Part shown: one piece after another, positions 13,214 to 24,644 of the stretch
Position numbering within the stretch: position 1 is the stretch's first letter
How the letters are laid out: each line of letters starts with the position of its first letter
NCBI RefSeq assembly: GCF_000315625.1
Contig: NW_005434662.1
Coordinates: 847,615-911,614, forward strand
Direction of reading: 5' to 3'
From: Guillardia theta CCMP2712
Taxonomy: Eukaryota; Protista; Cryptophyta
DNA length: 64,000 nt
Notes under the pieces: generated by a model
Seen by the model: the letters and a program-made list of their open reading frames with translations, nothing else
What the model was told of the DNA's origin: nothing
Database searches by the model: none
Made by a program: the position numbers and the translations under genes

Positions 13214-13291
13214 GGTTGATAGAATTGATGTCCTTGATTCAGGAGGGAAGTTGAAGTTTCGTGACTGAAGAATAAGATGAAAACGATCAAA

Positions 13292-13884
13292 TCAGATGTT
13301 TTCTTCCCCTTCCTCCTCCTCTGCCTCGTCGCTCTCACTTTCCTCGAACGAGTCGTCATGAAGACGGTTCTGGTTCACAAACAAGTCAGGGTCACTCCCT
13401 GACCCATCAGAGTCCTCGCCATCTTCTTCATCGTCACCCCTCACTGCTTGTGACGGCCTGCTCGATGCCGCAGACCCTTCTTGTCTGGACTCAGTGCTAT
13501 CAAATCCAGCTGGCCAACAGCTCAACTTTCTGAGGTGCTGAACTTGTTCAGGAAATAGGATATGAGAGATCGTCGCTGCTACTTTGCTCGATTCCTCCTT
13601 TGCGTTTGGGGCAACGATAAGAAAATCTCCCCTTTGAGCCCACACCACCTTGCTGAACTTTGCAGGAAGCCAACATAGTATGGTCTGCCCATCCTCACAT
13701 TCGCACTCCATGGTATTTCCGCCTCGAGAACGAACCAGACGCACGATGAACTCGTTGTCCTTCGGTTCAGGAAAGCCATGCTCGGCTGTCAAACTTCACA
13801 ACCATAAGTCAGGCGTTCAAACGAGGAGTAAGGTTCGGGTCATTACCGGACATGCTTCGATACGAATTGACTTCTCTTTCCCAT
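13292..13884 (-). CDS. EIF1AD: eIF1A-domain (S1) RNA-binding protein with acidic tail
   Basis: IVRLVRSRGGN..C.LPAKFSKVVWAQRGDFLIV..ISHIL..QVQHLRK..WP and DLFVNQNR. First exon MGKRSQFVSKHV starts at 13884. Confidence 0.85.
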
Positions 13885-14084
13885 TGGAGTGCTTTAGTTC
13901 TGTAATTTTTCATGGTCAAGACTCAATTAAGAACTGTTGGCCATGCCGATCATGAATCGAGCAACCTAAGTCTCTACCCTCAACAAATAGTACTTCACTA
14001 CAAGGAGCATCAGTATCGGAGATGCATCCAGTCAGATGTCTGTGCCCCATCCCCTCTCTCCTACCCTCCCTCGTCTTCTCCCTC

Positions 14085-14430
14085 TCCCTATCTCCCTCTC
14101 CCTCTCTGCCTCCCCCTCCCCCTCCCTCTGCCTCTCCCTGTCCCTGTCCCTGTCCCTCTGCCTCTGCCTCTCTGCCTCTCCCTCCTCTGCCTCTGCCTCC
14201 TCTGCCTCTGCCTCTCCCTGTCCCTCTGCCTCTGCCTATGCCTCTGCCTCTCCCTGTCCCTCTGCCTCTGCCTCTGCCTCTGCCTCCTCTGCCTCTCTGC
14301 CTCTGCCTCTGCCTCTGCCTCTGCCTCTGCCTCTCTGCCTCTGCCTCTGCCTCTGCCTCTCCCTCTCCCTCTCCCTCTCCCTCTCCCTCTCCCTCTCCCT
14401 CTCCCTCTCCCTCTCCCTCTTCCTCCTCTC
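14085..14430 (+). repeat. Pyrimidine-rich hexamer microsatellite (CTCTGC/CTCTCC)n
   Basis: Directly visible. Confidence 0.95.
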
Positions 14431-15691
14431 CGAGAAATGTTGGGCTGCATGGCCGCACGTGCCTGATTGACCCTCATACCCACTATGATCCCTCATTTCC
14501 GTTACACATACGGTACATCCAATCATGGCAAGGCTGCGACAACTGAACGACTGCGTAAAACTGCGATGCAGTCCTGCCTCCCGGCCATCTCATCGACCGC
14601 GACTGCAGCTGCCAGACGGCCGCCCATCCCCCGCTGCCGGACCTCCATCCGCTCCAGCGCCGCCCGATGGCGCGGCGCCGCCGGGCCCGACTCGCCGAGT
14701 CAGACCGTCGACAACAGCAGCGATCGGACCTCGTCAGCTTGACCTGCGGGAACGAGTATCACGCGGATTGCTTGAAGCGCCTGCTCGAGTCTGCCGTCAA
14801 TGACCACGAGCAGCAGCGAAGCGTCGGTGAAGTGCGACGGCTGCTTGTGCTCCTTTCAAGTTGCGAGCCTGGGGCGGGGAGGCTGGTACCTACCTTCCCA
14901 TGGTATCGTCAAGTGCGAGTCACGGGTCGACTGAGTACCTCCTGCGCAGGCTCAGGCCCGCACTGCCACTAGCATGCTTTTAAGAAGTGGATGGTGAAGC
15001 AGTTGAACCTGAACCTTTCACCCCTGGACAATATGATCGCACGATTTTCGTTTTTGGTGAGTTGGACTTGTTTTGCGTTCTCCTTAATCATCTGACCTTG
15101 CGCTTCTTTGATCGCTTCTGTTCTACACCTGTACACTCACATGCTCTATACGCTCAGGAATGTCTTCCATTCTCTCCCTTGGACCTTGGAAATGCTTGTC
15201 CATGTCATCAAGGGGCTTCTGGCCTGACTTCTTCGCCATAAGTTCAAAGCTTTCTCATTCTTCCACCTCCACTTAGTGAACTCTGTGAGCAACAGCTTGA
15301 AATGTCTGAGAGTATGTTTGCCACTACTTACGTTCTGATACAGGATGAAGGTACTACAATGCCTTTTCGACTCCTACATCGCCAACGAGCTTAGACAACA
15401 AGAAGTCCCTACAGGAGATCGCGGACGAGATTCTCAAACAGGTCGATCTCAAGACAATTGAGTCCATCAAGTCGAGTGAATCATGTAGTAACCCGCCCCC
15501 ACATGCCTGCAGTTCTACCAACACATTAAATCTCATTCAAGGGGAGGGTTAATTCAAGGGGAGGGATAACGAGTGCGTGTTCAACAGAGATGTACTCGTT
15601 TCGCTGAACAAGATAGATGGCCATGATGTGTCTCAAGAACTTGTCGGCTCTTAAAAGACGTCCTAGTTGACCTCTCAGTAGTCTCCGTGCT

Positions 15692-16008
15692 CTAGTAGAT
15701 GCCTCCGCCGACGTTCGAGAGCCACGAGTCGACAGAGCCTGTGTCTACAGGGGTGCTGATGGACTTGAAGGGAGAGGAGCGGTCATCGAGGTCGTTCCAC
15801 GCGTTGTAGTACGGGTCTGAAACTCTGCAGCCAACGAAGGTGTTGGACATCTGACCTGCAGAGTGCAAAAATCTCGCATCTCCTTCTGGCTGTTCCATGT
15901 CCAGATGTTGTTTTTCCAATTGTAGATACCAGCCCCGCTGTTGTACCCAGCAGCATTGAAGGTAGCCTCACCAGGAGGCTGACCGCCTCCGATGAAGGAG
16001 CGGCATGG
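15692..16008 (-). CDS. Small hypothetical protein, spliced
   Basis: Exon ending MSNTFVGCRVSDPYYNAW..LSNVGGGIY*, preceded by a CAG acceptor. Upstream ATG near 16008. Confidence 0.4.
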
Positions 16009-16452
16009 CGGAGCAGCGACTGTTCGTGGCGACCTGCCTTTCCCTTTAAAAACGTTCCTAGGACTCCCTACAAATATTTCCTAGAAGGCCTAAGACCCAC
16101 TTTAGCTAAGGCCGAGGAAATACCGAAAAATCCCTAGGACCTCGGTAAAGGCTTCCTCTACCTGAGGTCCTAGCGGAGTGCCATACGGAAACCGAGTAAA
16201 AATACTCTTCTCGTCGCTGATATGGGGTGTGGGCCGTTACATATACGTTACATCCAGTCAACTGAGTTGTTTTGTCAACTGAAGGACTGACTGCCGCAAT
16301 GCAGCAGTGGAAGAGCGGAAGGTGAGGGAGGGGGAGAAGAACTTGGGGGAGATGAGGAGCACATTAGGAGATAATGGGACAGTAGAAAGGGAGGAAACAT
16401 TACCAGGCTACGCCTCGAATGGAATTACTAGAGTTGGTTTGAAACGCCTTCG

Positions 16453-19429
16453 GTGTCTGATGCAACTGTCAGGCTGCACATTGACTATGGAAGTTTGAGC
16501 GAACAATCGTCAAGCCCTGAAGCAAGCAGGGAAGCGTTTGAAAGACAGGTGTCGGTGATGCTTCCTCCTCGTCTGCAGCTCAAGTTCAAACCTCTTCCTC
16601 GCAAAGCACTGATCGAAGCCAACAATCTCTTGGTACCTGCCACTGTTCCTCCGCCTCTTTCTGACCGTGAGAAGCTCTCAAGAGATGGGATGCCGTTCGT
16701 ATCTCGTCATAGGTGGTGCGAAGTCCGTAAGACGGGAGAGATTGCATCGCTAGAGGAGGAGGACTCTCTATCTCAGCCAGAAGTACGCGAGGCAGCTCGA
16801 CCCTCCACTTCTCCTGATCGACGACGCGACGGCAGGGCTGCTCACCTTGCTTATCAGCGGCCTTTGAGACCAGCCACGGCGTTCATTGCTCGGCAACCCT
16901 CGGCGACGAGAGCGAGCAGACAGGACGTGGCTCGTTCGGCGGCCGACTCTCGGTCCTTGTTGTGCTTGCTTGTAGCTCAGCTCACAAGGTGGCAGAGAAA
17001 GGCGTTGCCATGCTCCAGCAGGACCTCCAGCAGCAAAGTGACTTGAAGTGACATGTTTGACTCGACTGACCCTCTCCTTCAGCTCGCGCCCGGCTCCTTT
17101 CGCGTCGTCAGGCCCTCAGCGTCGTAACGCTCGGGAGAAGTCAGAGGTTCGAGCTAAACGATATTGCGCAAGGTGATGGTAGGTGTGCGGCAGGTGCTGG
17201 GCGTCAGCGAGCAGATGAGGAGAGGCGAGGAAGGTGAGGGAACGACTTGACTTGCTTTCGCTTCCTCATCATGTCAACGGTAGGTCCTCAGACTCGTCGT
17301 CCGCCACTCGAGACTGTGGGACCAAAGATGTCGCAGGTGGCAATGAACTTATCGATGTTCGCGATGATGAACAAAAACTATTGTGATGCCGTCAACAATG
17401 TGGGGGGACGATGAGATTGCGATGTATGAAAGAAGAAATTGCGATGACGGGGAGGCGGACAATAGAGGAGAATGAATTTGACCTCGCTTTTCACCCAGCA
17501 CGAGTCTCGTCCGATGCAAGGTGTGGAACAAGATGGAAGAGACTTCATTGCGGCATGGTATGATCGTCCCAGCATCAAGCATGCCTTTGAAGCCATTGGA
17601 AAGGTACCAACAGATCAAAATTTTGGAAGCAATAGGGTATAGCAGCACTAGTAAGGGCAGGCGGGCCTTGGAAGGAAGAAGTTGTAGTGACGAGAAGGAG
17701 TGCAATGGTATCAAGTGACGTTGACAATAGGCGGAGGAGATTCTTTCATGGATCAAGACCCTCCATCATCCTCGTCCTTCCTCCTCTCGCACCACAGCAA
17801 GTCGTAACCGAAGACGTTCTCCTCCCAGGTCAGTGAGTCGAACTTGGGGCTACGGTTCTGTTCCTGCCCCGCAACCGCTCCAGGTGATGATTGGGAGGGG
17901 AGGAGGGAGGAGCTTGTCGTGACGCACTTGCACAGCTGGGAAGCCAGGTCACTGGCCGCCTGCTCTATCGCTCGTCTGTGGTGACTCGTTTCCTTTGTCA
18001 AACATCCCCCCGTTAATCTTCCGCGTGCGGCAGCCACCGCCGGCAACCGCTCCTCCTCGTCTGAGGAATCCTCTGGCGCGAGGAACGAGACCCCGGGGGC
18101 GACGTGAGCATCCGACTGAGACTGATGCATCTGACGATCGTCCAGCAGCCTCGTTTAAGGAGGAGATTCCCGTCCATCGTCTGCCGTCTATCGACATCCC
18201 TGGAGGATGGGATGCTGCTGCTCCTCCTGCCTCGCCTGCTTGTCGTTTACCAGCGTCTGCCTCTCACGCTCCTCACCTAGGACGCAGACCCTCGGCCTCC
18301 ACGGCATGGCAGGCAAAAGCCTCCGATCCCCCTGCAGCAGAAGACCTTCAGCCTTTACCTCCCTCACGCCTGTCTGCCTCGGCATTTCCATCAGCACAAG
18401 GTCGACCTGTCGCCCATCAGCGATCAGCTACTCAAGGTTTGACATCCCGCCCAGATCCCCGTCTTCCCTTCCCTTTCTGCTAGTCATCGAGCTACTCATC
18501 CTCTTTTTTCTCTTTCTCGCTCCTCCTCCATTTCGCTCTTCCTCCTCCTCGCTCCTCCTCCTCGCTCCTCGTTCCTCCTCCTCCTCCTCCTCCTCCTTCC
18601 TCCTCCTCCTTATTCTTCCTCTTCTTTTTTGCTGTCATGGTTACATGGCTCATGATTCTTGTATCGTATCACAGGACCTTGAGAAGTACGATTCCATGGC
18701 TGATCAGATCCTCGCCAAGTATGACACCTACTCGCAGTTTCCTTCTAGCTCCTCTCCCAAGGCATGCTACTCTCCTTCCGTCTCCTATGCCCCCGACCTT
18801 TCGTGCTCCTTTGTTTCCTATTCCCCCCTCCCTTCCTCTCCTTTTCGCACTTTCCTTCGCTTTCTCCACCTGAAATCAGGCAGGAACCCACAAGCTCACA
18901 CGGCACTCAAGACTACGAGGAAGTCGTTGACGAAATACTTTGGGAGAGTGCTGACCAAAATGCGAAAGCAAGCGGGGGGGGGGGGAGGGAGGAGGAGCAG
19001 GAGGAGCAGGAGGAGGAGGACATGAGTCCGAATGGGACTTGCCTTCCATCAAGCGAACCGGGACCCGAGCCTGTCACTCACTGGTGGCAACAAAAAGAGC
19101 CAGAAGCTGTTTGCAGCCCGAGGGAGCAGGAGGAGCAGGAGGAGCAGGAGGAGGAGGAGGAGAGAGAGGAGGAGAAAGAAGAGGAGCCTGCATGCAGCAA
19201 TGGTGAGGTGCTCGGGAGGATGGATATGAACGATGAAGAGGCAGAGCTGAGATTGGAGATAAATTGGGAAGAGAGTTCGAGAGATCACGAGGAGGTCTGG
19301 CGAGGATTGATGGAACAAGGGCTTTTGATGCTGTCTCGCCTCCCTCCCGACGTTCTGGATCGGCTGATCGTCGACATAAGCAAAGGGGATAGCGCAATAG
19401 CAAGATATATCCGGTCCACATGCAGATAA
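16453..19429 (+). CDS. Low-complexity hypothetical protein or proteins, multi-exon
   Basis: Several long ORFs (16453-17046, 17995-18483, 18764-19429) with splice-like junctions; no domain recognised. Confidence 0.4.
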
Positions 19430-19532
19430 ATGTGAGTTTGCAATGATGGTGATGACGATGTTGTAAATAGAAGGGTTGCTGAGGCCATCTTACAGCAACT
19501 AGTGTGTTTCTACTTCTCCAGTCATCGTTGCT

Positions 19533-20525
19533 TTATTTCTTGCTCATTCGCTTCACAAGCTCGTAGGCCGTGACAAACATGATGGACGACTGGACGCTCA
19601 CGAGGGCTCGAGCTTCGACTCCCTTCAGCAGGCTTGTCAGTCCCTCCGTCCGCACCAGCTTGCGAAGGATGGAGAGGAAGTCGGAGCTGCGGTGCTGTCC
19701 CTCGCTAAGCTGCATCCTAGTCTTAACCACGTCGAACGGGTTTGTCAGGTAGACTGCAAGCACACCAGCCAGCCCCCCAGCTGTTGCCTCTTGCGCCATT
19801 CGCCAGCCCTTGCCCTGTGCTGGCATTCGCTGAGCCAGTTGCGACTTGAAGTGAATGTAGGCTGCCCACCATACCGAGTTGTAGGGAGCATGAACCAGCA
19901 GCGAGGCCCCGAAGCCCCTGTAGAAGCCTCTCCATCCTTCCTTTCTCCACGTCTCCTTCACCACGCGCATCAGCGGAGGGGTCGCGGAGTATGACCCATC
20001 CTTGCGCCGACTCATCATCTGCTTTTGCGCCAACACCTCAACAGGCACGGAGACGGTGTGGGAGACAAGAGCTGCCAAGGCTCCAGCGGCTGAGTTGCAG
20101 AGGAAGTCAAAGCCTGAGAGGACCAGCGAGTCTGTTTGCAGCCTCATCAGCTCATGCCTAGACACCTCCAACACCGTGTTGTCCAGCTGCATGGCTAAGA
20201 TGCCAACACAACCGACGCCGAAGCCTTTGAAGAGCGAGCGAATGCCTTCATGCCGCGACATCTTCTTGAAGGCGTCGAACGTGCCGTCATAAACAAGGTC
20301 CGCGTTGAGGCGATGCGACGCTCTCACTGGCATCTTGAGGCTGCGCATAGAGTGCAAAGAGGCTGGGACGGCATGCGGAGCCGCTGGCTCCAACTGCATC
20401 TGCAACCTCGTCTTGACCACCCAGAAGGGATGGGTAGGAATGCGGATGAGGAGGAAAGCAGCATACCCGAACGAGTAGTACCTGACTTTATCAATGTCTT
20501 GCCACGAAACCTCGTCAGTTTGCAT
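19533..20525 (-). CDS. Mitochondrial carrier family (SLC25) protein, SLC25A44-like
   Basis: Three Px[DE]xx[KR] repeats: PFWVVKTRLQ, PVEVLAQKQM, PFDVVKTRMQ; also EGWRGFYRGF. Confidence 0.92.
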   Translation of the reverse strand: MQTDEVSWQDIDKVRYYSFGYAAFLLIRIPTHPFWVVKTRLQMQLEPAAPHAVPASLHSMRSLKMPVRASHRLNADLVYDGTFDAFKKMSRHEGIRSLFKGFGVGCVGILAMQLDNTVLEVSRHELMRLQTDSLVLSGFDFLCNSAAGALAALVSHTVSVPVEVLAQKQMMSRRKDGSYSATPPLMRVVKETWRKEGWRGFYRGFGASLLVHAPYNSVWWAAYIHFKSQLAQRMPAQGKGWRMAQEATAGGLAGVLAVYLTNPFDVVKTRMQLSEGQHRSSDFLSILRKLVRTEGLTSLLKGVEARALVSVQSSIMFVTAYELVKRMSKK

Positions 20526-21277
20526 TGTGTGTTATGAGGATTGAGATGAGGTGTTGAGGAGATCAGCTGACGATGAGAGGCAGGTGAACACGTAGAAGTC
20601 TTCGAATCTTGAAGAAACGGATGCAGGCGCACAGGATCCCGATCATATCCTCCTCCTCCTCCTCCTCCTCCCTTCCTCCCTTCCTCTCTCCTCCCAAGCC
20701 TTTGCCACCGTCTGTCTCGTCTTTCTAGAAATTCTCCTTTGCCCCGGTACCCCTCTTACGTATGTTCCAAGCTTCGTGACAAGGGGGTAGGGTACATTGG
20801 TCCTTTCAAGTTTGCCGCACCCGGGGTGACGGCGGCGGCGGGCCCCGCGCGCGGCGGCCGGCCGGCGTAACGGCCCGGTGTCCGCGTGACCGCCGAGTCT
20901 ACTACGTCTACTGAGAATCCCCAGTCACCCGTCACTCTCTTATTAGTATCATCCGAAAAAGAGGTGATAGTCACGTCGAGATGGCGAGAGGGATGACTAT
21001 GTTCACTGACTTTTCGTCTCTCTTAAGTAGCTGTCCTAGGCAATATTGTTTCTTAGGAAATTAGATTACTTACTTTTCTTTATCTCTAACGTCGGTTTAG
21101 AATAAAGTACCGTTGGTTTGTGCATTGCGGTCGCGCGCTTGCTCTTTCAAGTTTGGTTTCTTGACGGGATCACTTCGTGTGTCGACACTAGGTTGAGAGA
21201 TACTTGTAGGAAGTTTTCATAACATTTTGGTACGCGAAGGCCTGGTTTTCCTCTCGGAGTTGTTGTGTTGAAAGAAG

Positions 21278-21640
21278 TTGTTCAAGAAAACATGGATAGG
21301 ACTCCGGACGAGCATTCAGTCGGGTAGTGTTGTCTCGGACTTTGTGAAGGAGACATTGAATGGGTCAGCAGAGCAGCGCTTTCCTACGGTGACAGTGATG
21401 TCGTCGCAGTCACATGCGTACGATCCGTTGGAAACTGTCATCCGTCCGGAGGGACGAAATTGGGTGTAGGCTCAAGTTTCAAGAGTAGTGGATCGTTCTA
21501 CATGCTTGACTTGCCGCATGCGGACATGATCCTCTCATGGGAGTGGATGCGGGCGAACAAAATCGTGATCGATGCGGGTCATCCCAGAGTCTTTGCCAAA
21601 TGGCGCAAGAAAATGGTCGAGCTGGGGAACGTCCGAGAGG
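21278..21640 (+). pseudogene. Decayed retropepsin (LTR-retrotransposon aspartic protease) fragment
   Basis: FYMLDLPHADMILSWEWMRANKIVID matches the retropepsin C-terminal pattern D.ILG..WL....ID. Frameshifted, with no intact D[ST]G. Confidence 0.55.
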
Positions 21641-21900
21641 AAACTCCCCTAGACGCGATACCCGGAAGCAGCCGACTGACCACTGTCAGTCAAGACGTCC
21701 GCCGCCGCCACAAAGCTGGCGGCCGCGGACGGAGAAAGGGCAGCCGCCGACAAGGAGCCGGCGCTGCCCGGGGGTCCGCCTGTGAGGGAGGCTGGGCACA
21801 GGAGCACGGTACCGCTCGAGGTGACGCATGTAGTCCTCTTCGCTAGCCTCCGAGTCAGCAGTAGCCGAGACCAACACCACCCGTGACGGCGGCGACGCCG
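21641..21900 (-). mobile_element. Diverged fragment of the CRE-like retroelement ORF 3' end
   Basis: Reverse complement matches 38880-39140 (ADSEASEEDY..LERYR..TDSGQSAASGYRV*). Confidence 0.9.
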
Positions 21901-22915
21901 CATCGATGCAGACGACGCATTGCTGGCTGCGATCTTATGATCAAATAGACTTGAGGAGAACATGATGACGGAGCCGCTAGTCGCTCCCCGTACACAACCC
22001 TGGGTCCTACAAGCGAATCGTCGGTGATGGCCCAGTAAGGGACTTTGCCGTAAGTCCAGACCAGCCACATGGTCACCCCGAACGCCCACACGTCGCTCTT
22101 CTCCGAGTACTGTCTTCTCTCGATGCTCTCCGGCACCATCAACCGCACGGGCCGAGCCGTTGCAAGGTGATCCTGCGGGTCGAGGCTGAACACAAGCACG
22201 TTCCTTGCTGCCAGGTCCCGATGCACAACCTCAAGCAGCGACAGCTGGTCCATCCCGTCACAGATCTGCCTCGCCACCTGCAGCTGCACCAGCGGACTCA
22301 TCGTCTCCTCCTCCTCAGCAAAGTTGGACAAGATCACATCGAGAGAGCCCTTGGAAGCAAACTCAGTCAACAGGCAGTAGTCGCCGGAAGCTGCTGGAAG
22401 ATCTTGACCTCCTGCTCGAACTCCTCTCTCCTTCCAGTGGGTCCGCTGCCTAGGATTCGCTGGATGGCAACCTCAGCGCTACTCCCCCGCGGCTGCAGCC
22501 ACCGAGCCCTGTAGACGAGCTTGAAGGAGCCTGAGCCGATCTACTGCAGGTGCGTGAAGGACTTGAAGTCCAATGATGATATATGGCCAAGAAAAAAATC
22601 TTGCTGCTCTCTCTCTCTGGGCTGCTTCTCCTCCCTCGCTTTGCGCTCCTGGTCCTCCTGTTGCACGCATCCTTTCGTCGATCCAGTGTATGGTAGAGAC
22701 ATGTACGGGCCGGAGATTTCTCTGGTATCAGGCTGGTAAGGAGTGCTCCAGACGGCAGTTCCAGTAAGAATCTCATTCGCCGGGTAAGTGCCGTGGGCAG
22801 TTCCAGGAGTCGTGTAGGTGCCGTAGACAATTTCAGGAGTTTTGCCGTAGATAATTTCAGGAGTCGCGACATAGTTCACGTTGGCAGTTCCAGGAGTCGT
22901 GTAGGTCCCAGTCAC
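21901..22915 (-). pseudogene. Tyrosine-kinase-type protein kinase pseudogene
   Basis: G-loop IGSGSF, HRDLAARN, SDVWAFGVTMW and YGKVPY. In-frame stop at 22541, a frameshift, and the DFG segment is missing. Confidence 0.85.
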
Positions 22916-22970
22916 ATAAGCATTAGCTACAGTACTGACCCGTTTCTCGCAATGTTCGCATGCAAACTGC

Positions 22971-23172
22971 CAATAGCATCCGTCAGTTCAAACGTCAATA
23001 GCATCCGTCAGTTCAAACGTCAATAGCATCCGTCAGTTCAAACGTCAATAGCATCCGTCAGTTCAAACGTCAATAGCATCCGTCAGTTCAAACGTCAATA
23101 GCATCCGTCAGTTCAAACGTCAATAGCATCCGTCAGTTCAAACGTCAATAGCATCCGTCAGTTCAAACGTCA
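22971..23172 (+). repeat. Perfect 25-bp tandem repeat CAATAGCATCCGTCAGTTCAAACGT x8
   Basis: Counted directly; no spacers between units. Confidence 0.97.
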
Positions 23173-24299
23173 GGTTTATATGCATCACTCAAAACAATCA
23201 TGCACCCTCTCATAGTTCATCCATCCTCGAGATTTGATGCACTGAGTCAACCAGTCAATACAAGCAAAACCATTACCCATGAACTGTTTGGAATTTGATT
23301 GACTTACATTCTGTGAGGTTTTCAATACAAGATTGAAGCCAGAACAATGTCAGATCAGGATGAAAGTATGTGACGATGTCAATTCTTACGCAGCACTATT
23401 AGATCCATTCGAGATGTTACCATTCGTTGAGCAAGACATACCAGAACAAGAAAGATCGAAGCCAGCATCCCTATGACTTGCCAGCCTCAGCACCCGCTGT
23501 CGCACTTGCCTCCCCAGCAGGTGACCGAGCAGCTGCAGGACCGAGCAGGCGAGCTGCCGGCCATGGCGACCTCAACGCGCGCTGTCGGCAGGCTGAGGGG
23601 ACGCGAGGGGAAGAGAGGTTGGGGGAAGAGAGGGGTGGGTGGTTGTGGCTGGAGGTGAGCCGGGCCCGGGGGAGGGTGGGGGTCATGAGAGAGAGTAGGG
23701 GAGGAAGTTAACGAGACGAGAGGGGAAGGGAGGGGTGGGAACGGACAAGGAGGGTTGGGGTGGAGGAGGAATGGGGGAAAGGGGTCCTTCACCCGCCAGG
23801 CCCGGGCCCTTGTAGTGCAGCCGGGAGGACAACGTGACCCTCAATGAGAAAGAGGGTTGAACTCTCGACCCCACCCCACCACCCCCTCCCGCCCCTTCCT
23901 CCTCCACCCCTCCCTCCCCCTGAGCCTCTCTGGTAGGATTATAGTTGGACCGTGGGGGAGGGGTGGGAGGGAGGGATAAAGGAGGGGTCCTGACAGAGCT
24001 CGGTAGGATAAGCAGAGGAAGAGGAGAGGATCGAGGGGAGGGAAACAGAAGGGAAGGGAGAAGGAAGGGAGAGGTCAGGTGATGTGAGGGAGAGACAAGG
24101 AAAGAGAAGCGATAGATAGAGAAAAGGGAAGGGAAGGGAAGGAGAGGAAGGAGGAAGGGAGGGAGAAGGGAAAGAGAGGAGGAAAGGGAGGAGGAAGGTA
24201 GGGCAAGGCTTGCTTAATATGTCTTCTCGATGGACAAGAGAGACGGACACATGGACAAAGAGAGGGCAGAGGAGCAGGAGCAGGAGGAGCAGGAGCAGG

Positions 24300-24356
<57 letters not shown>

Positions 24357-24644
24357 GGCATTTAATCCCTTTCTGGTAATTAAAAAGTCCTTCATGAGGG
24401 GTAGGGTGTATAACCTTACCTTCGCGTGGAGAGGAGAAGAGAGGACAGGACAGGACAGGACAGGGGGAGGGAGCTGGAGAAGGAGGAGGGAGCAGGATGA
24501 GAAAGACAAGGAGAGGAGACAAAAAAAACATGACAAGTTGACGGCAGTGGCAGCTGCTGCACACAACTACCGTGGAACCGGAGTTCCCACATGCTCCTGG
24601 TCGAGTGAGGATTCATGACAAGGGCTTGGATGTCTCCCGATCAG

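Noticed and set aside
13912-14546. ORFs with poly-LP, SA, GR or similar tracts (also 4149-4799, 23939-24566, 25206-25877, 51335-51757, 62909-63459)
   Set aside because: Stop-free translations of microsatellites.
14667-14972. RING-finger gene (LTCGNEYHADCL)
   Set aside because: Only half a motif, with no convincing exon structure.
20900-21640. Intact LTR retrotransposon
   Set aside because: Only a decayed protease-like fragment; no gag, RT, integrase or paired LTRs detected.
22971-23172. CRISPR-like repeats (also 42461-42832 and 29211-29314)
   Set aside because: Head-to-tail units with no unique spacers.
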